64,000 nt of DNA from Prochlorococcus sp. AG-679-M23. Its GTDB lineage: Bacteria > Cyanobacteriota > Cyanobacteriia > PCC-6307 > Cyanobiaceae. Shown here piece after piece: positions 60,145 through 64,000 of this stretch. The stretch spans positions 1-64,000 of the forward strand of contig QCUR01000007.1 in assembly GCA_003208875.1 (NCBI GenBank), written 5' to 3'. A program made the position numbers and the translations under genes. The notes below the pieces were generated by a model. It did not search any database. It saw nothing but the letters and a program-made list of their open reading frames with translations, and had not been told where the DNA came from. Within the stretch, counting starts at the first letter, position 1. Each line of letters starts with the position of its first letter.

Positions 60145-61440
60145 ATGAAGCGTGTGTTGGCAATCATCCTCGGAGGAGGAAAAGGTTCTAGGCTTTATCC
60201 CTTAACAAAAATGAGGGCTAAACCTGCAGTTCCTTTAGCAGGTAAATATCGTTTGATTGATATCCCAATTAGTAACTGTATTAATTCTGGGATTAATAAA
60301 ATGTACGTTTTAACTCAGTTTAATAGTGCTTCTCTTAATAGACATATTGGGAGAACCTACAATTTAAGTGCCCCTTTTGGGCAAGGATTTGTGGAGGTAC
60401 TAGCTGCTCAGCAAACTCCTGATAGTCCAAAGTGGTTTGAAGGTACTGCTGATGCAGTAAGAAAATATCAATGGTTGTTTCAAGAGTGGGATGTGGACGA
60501 ATATTTAATATTATCTGGTGATCAGCTCTATAGAATGGACTATAGTTTATTTGTTCAACACCATAGAGATAATAAAGCTGATTTAACAGTAGCTGCCTTA
60601 CCTGTTGATGAATCTCAGGCTGAAGGTTTTGGGCTTATGAGAACAGATGATTTGGGTAATATTAAAGAATTTAGTGAAAAGCCAACTGGTGAGAAATTAA
60701 AATCAATGGCGGTTGATACCTCTAAGTTCGGATTAACAAAGGAATCGGCATCAGAGAAACCGTATCTTGCCTCTATGGGTATTTATGTTTTTAGTAGAAA
60801 GACACTTTTTGATCTCTTAAATAAGTTCCCTAGTTATACAGATTTTGGTAAAGATATAATCCCTGAGGCATTAAGTAGAGGGGATACATTAAAGAGTTAT
60901 GTTTTTGATGATTATTGGGAAGATATAGGAACTATAGGAGCATTTTTTGAATCAAACTTAGCATTAACACAACAACCAAAACCTCCGTTTAGTTTTTATG
61001 ATGAAAAATTTCCTATATATACTAGGCCTAGATATCTTCCTCCATCAAAACTTGTAGATGCTCAAATTACTGATTCAATAGTTTGTGAAGGAACTATTTT
61101 GAAATCTTGTAGCATCTTGCATTGTGTCTTAGGGGTGAGAAGTAGAATTGAAAGTGATTCTGTTATTGAAGATACTCTTGTAATGGGATCTGATTTTTTT
61201 GAATCGCTAGAAGAGAGGATTGAATTAAGAAAAGGTGGTGGTACTCCTCTTGGAGTAGGAGAAGGTTCAACTATAAAAAGGGCAATTCTTGATAAGAATG
61301 CAAGAATTGGAGATAATGTGGTGATAGTAAATAAAGATAGAGTAGAAGAAGCAGATAAACCAGATCTAGGATTTTATATAAGAAATGGAATTGTTGTTGT
61401 AGTTAAAAATGCAACTATTGCTAACGGAACAATTATTTAA
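60145..61440 (+). CDS. glgC: glucose-1-phosphate adenylyltransferase
   Basis: [31 protein letters not shown]. Confidence 0.98.
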   Translation: MKRVLAIILGGGKGSRLYPLTKMRAKPAVPLAGKYRLIDIPISNCINSGINKMYVLTQFNSASLNRHIGRTYNLSAPFGQGFVEVLAAQQTPDSPKWFEGTADAVRKYQWLFQEWDVDEYLILSGDQLYRMDYSLFVQHHRDNKADLTVAALPVDESQAEGFGLMRTDDLGNIKEFSEKPTGEKLKSMAVDTSKFGLTKESASEKPYLASMGIYVFSRKTLFDLLNKFPSYTDFGKDIIPEALSRGDTLKSYVFDDYWEDIGTIGAFFESNLALTQQPKPPFSFYDEKFPIYTRPRYLPPSKLVDAQITDSIVCEGTILKSCSILHCVLGVRSRIESDSVIEDTLVMGSDFFESLEERIELRKGGGTPLGVGEGSTIKRAILDKNARIGDNVVIVNKDRVEEADKPDLGFYIRNGIVVVVKNATIANGTII

Positions 61441-61538
61441 TTTAGTTTTTCGATCATTTTTCGCTGACATAAGTAATGTTTTTTAAGCAATTTCTCTAAG
61501 TTGCATGCAATATATATTTATTGCGTTTTTTAATTTTT

Positions 61539-62957
61539 ATGCCCAAGGCACATTTTGGTTTAATCGGTCTTGGAGTTATGGGGGAGAATTTAGTCCTTAA
61601 TGCAGAAAGGAACGGATTTTCTAGTGTAGTTTTTAATAGAACCTATTCAAAAACTCAAGAATTCTTAGAAGGTAGAGGTTTAGGAAAGAATGTAGAAGGA
61701 GCTAAAACACTTCAAGAATTTGTGAATAAGCTTGAGAGACCAAGAAGAATTTTAATGATGGTTAAAGCCGGGCCAGCTACAGATGCTGTTATTGATAATA
61801 TTTCTGAATATCTTGAAGAAGGTGATTTATTAATTGATGGAGGGAATTCTCAGTTTAAAGATACTGAAAGAAGAGTTGAGACTCTTGAAAGTAAAAGCTT
61901 TGGATATATAGGAATGGGTGTCTCTGGAGGTGCTAAAGGAGCCTTGGAGGGGCCAAGTATGATGCCTGGCGGAACTAAAGCCTCTTATGACGCCATAGAA
62001 AGTTTATTGACTAAAATGGCTGCGAAAGTAGAAGACGGTCCTTGTGTTGCTTATGTTGGACCCGGTGGTTCAGGCCATTTTGTTAAAACTGTTCACAATG
62101 GTATTGAATATGGCATTGAACAAATTCTTGCAGAAGCTTATGACCTTATGAAAAGAGTTAAAAATATGAATGGATCACAAATGGCTGAGGTTTTTGGTCT
62201 TTGGAATAATACTGATGAATTAGCCTCTTATCTTGTAGAAATAACGCAGATATGTTTAAACACCAAAGATGAACTAACAGGCGAAGATGTTGTTGAAAAG
62301 ATATTGGATAAAGCTGGCCAAAAAGGTACCGGATTGTGGACTGTTGTTAGTGCCCTAGAACTTGGTATATCAGTACCCACTATTTATGCTTCATTAAATG
62401 CAAGGGTTATGAGTTCCCTTAAGGTTCAACGTAGTGAAATCGAGAAAACAATTCCGATGGAAGCTATTGAAGATTTTGATTTAGGAGAAATTTCTACTGG
62501 TATGAAACCTTTATTTGATGCTGTCGTTCTTGCTACTATTGCTAGTTACGCTCAAGGGATGGACATATTAAGTGAAGCTTCATCTGTTTATAATTATGAG
62601 CTAAATATGCCATCTATTGCTCAAATATGGAAAGGTGGTTGCATTATAAGATCAAAATTATTAAAAAAGATTCAAGATGCATATCAAAAAGATCCAAATT
62701 TGAAGAATCTAATTTTTGATGATTGGTTCAACAACGAAATTTCTACAAGAATTGATAATTTAGCAAGTGTCGTTTCTTCTTCAACTAAGGCGGGTATTCC
62801 AGTTCCTTGTTTATCAAGTACATTAGATTATTTAAATAGTTACAGAACAAACAGACTCCCTCAGAATTTAGTTCAAGCCATGAGAGATTGTTTTGGCTCT
62901 CATACTTATGAAAGAGTTGATAAGGAAGGAAGTTTTCATACTGAATGGATGAAATGA
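61539..62957 (+). CDS. gnd: 6-phosphogluconate dehydrogenase (NADP-dependent)
   Basis: GLGVMG, DGGN, VHNGIEY, QKGTG; ATG 61539 preferred. Confidence 0.97.
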   Translation: MPKAHFGLIGLGVMGENLVLNAERNGFSSVVFNRTYSKTQEFLEGRGLGKNVEGAKTLQEFVNKLERPRRILMMVKAGPATDAVIDNISEYLEEGDLLIDGGNSQFKDTERRVETLESKSFGYIGMGVSGGAKGALEGPSMMPGGTKASYDAIESLLTKMAAKVEDGPCVAYVGPGGSGHFVKTVHNGIEYGIEQILAEAYDLMKRVKNMNGSQMAEVFGLWNNTDELASYLVEITQICLNTKDELTGEDVVEKILDKAGQKGTGLWTVVSALELGISVPTIYASLNARVMSSLKVQRSEIEKTIPMEAIEDFDLGEISTGMKPLFDAVVLATIASYAQGMDILSEASSVYNYELNMPSIAQIWKGGCIIRSKLLKKIQDAYQKDPNLKNLIFDDWFNNEISTRIDNLASVVSSSTKAGIPVPCLSSTLDYLNSYRTNRLPQNLVQAMRDCFGSHTYERVDKEGSFHTEWMK

Positions 62958-63682
62958 TTGAACAATCTTATGGTGGATACAAACTTTACATATATAAAGA
63001 TAAACATGAACTCTCATCTAATGTCTCTAATTTTATAGAAAATCAAATTGTTCAAAAGTTAAAAATTAAAGACAGATTTCAATTTTGTGTAAGTGGTGGT
63101 TCAACTCCTAAATCTGTATATCAATTACTTTCAGAAAGAGATATTGAATGGGAGAAAGTTGATATTTTTTTAGGTGATGAGAGGTGTGTTGATCCAAAAT
63201 CTGAATTAAGTAACTCTCTGATGTTAAAAAATTCCTTGCTAACTAAATATGGTTCTAAAGCCTTCTTTTATGATATTTTTAGTGATAAAAAAGTTGACGA
63301 TAATATCTCTAAAAATTTATTAATTTCTAAATTAAATGAAAAATGTAATGGTAAACCTCCATCTTTTGATTTAACTTTATTAGGCCTTGGAGATGATGGT
63401 CATACCGCTTCATTATTTCCATATCAGAAAGATAATAATGCTGATGATTTAGTGATTTTTAATGAGGGTAAGGGGCTTAAAAGAATTTCTCTAACACCTA
63501 AAGTACTCTCTGCTTCTTTAAATATAATATTTTTAGTCAGTGGTGCTTCTAAACAATTAGCACTCCAGAGGTTATTGGATAAAGATGAATCTCAAGAAAG
63601 GACTCCTTCTAAACTAATTAAATCAAGTAACCAGATATCAATATTTTGCGATGAAGAATCTTCAAAAGAATTATCAATTTAG
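62954..63682 (+). CDS. pgl: 6-phosphogluconolactonase
   Basis: SGGSTP, GDER, LGLGDDGHTASLFP; ATG 62954 overlaps gnd stop (ATGA). Confidence 0.95.
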   Translation: MIEQSYGGYKLYIYKDKHELSSNVSNFIENQIVQKLKIKDRFQFCVSGGSTPKSVYQLLSERDIEWEKVDIFLGDERCVDPKSELSNSLMLKNSLLTKYGSKAFFYDIFSDKKVDDNISKNLLISKLNEKCNGKPPSFDLTLLGLGDDGHTASLFPYQKDNNADDLVIFNEGKGLKRISLTPKVLSASLNIIFLVSGASKQLALQRLLDKDESQERTPSKLIKSSNQISIFCDEESSKELSI

Positions 63683-63712
63683 TTAAAGTCTATATTAGAT
63701 CTAAACTAATTA

Positions 63713-64000
63713 ATGAGTAATAAAAAAGTTTTATTCCAGAAAAAAGAGTTTGAAGGATGGAAAACCTTAAACGATACTGTTATGGGTGGTTCAAGTTCAG
63801 CTTATTGCGAAAATACAAATTCTGGGTTGCTATTAAAGGGAAATATCATAGAGAAAGCTGGTGGCTTTGTTAGTTGTAGATCATCGATATATAAACCTTC
63901 ATTAGATATTAACGAGTATCAATCTTTTGAATTAAAAATAGATGGTCAAGGAAGAACCTTTAAATTTGCAGTCGCATGCGAAGATGACATCCTTGGCCTG
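63713..64000 (+). CDS. CIA30 family (complex I intermediate-associated) protein, truncated by window edge
   Basis: Manual translation MSNKK...WKTLNDTVMGGSS...GGFVSCRS...DGQGRTFK. Confidence 0.85.
   Translation, partial: MSNKKVLFQKKEFEGWKTLNDTVMGGSSSAYCENTNSGLLLKGNIIEKAGGFVSCRSSIYKPSLDINEYQSFELKIDGQGRTFKFAVACEDDILGL

Noticed and set aside
1..64000. CRISPR arrays, tRNA/rRNA genes, IS/integrase or prophage structural genes, hli genes
   Set aside because: No repeat-spacer periodicity, cloverleaf, transposase/integrase or hli (ExxNGR) motifs seen by eye; the 16S-complementary stretch at 2182 is only 15 nt and is not an rRNA fragment

Overview
AT-rich (~30% GC by eye) chromosomal segment of a marine picocyanobacterium, most likely a high-light Prochlorococcus, judged from gene content, synteny and codon style. 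1-8 kb and 22.8-29.5 kb are variable regions packed with small hypothetical ORFs, many below the 60-aa ORF-track cutoff. 8.2-15.8 kb is a minimal phosphate/arsenic locus (K+ channel, pstS, arsJ, ArsJ-type GAPDH, arsR, pstCAB) with no phoB/phoR/phoA/porin. 17-22.8 kb is the four-gene ligase-associated repair cluster (MBL exonuclease, ATP-dependent ligase, Lhr-core helicase, metallophosphoesterase). 29.6-64 kb is core genome, from petN, psb29, clpP and ftsH through to gnd, pgl and a CIA30 gene. The most notable observation is a tandem ATCAA-N6-TTGAT (ArsR-type) operator found both at the gap/arsR divergent promoter and directly upstream of pstS. This suggests arsenic-responsive control of phosphate binding in a locus lacking PhoBR. 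Also seen: a DnaA-box cluster in an accessory intergenic region, two candidate structured sRNAs and several unannotated small proteins. I saw no tRNA, rRNA, CRISPR or transposase.
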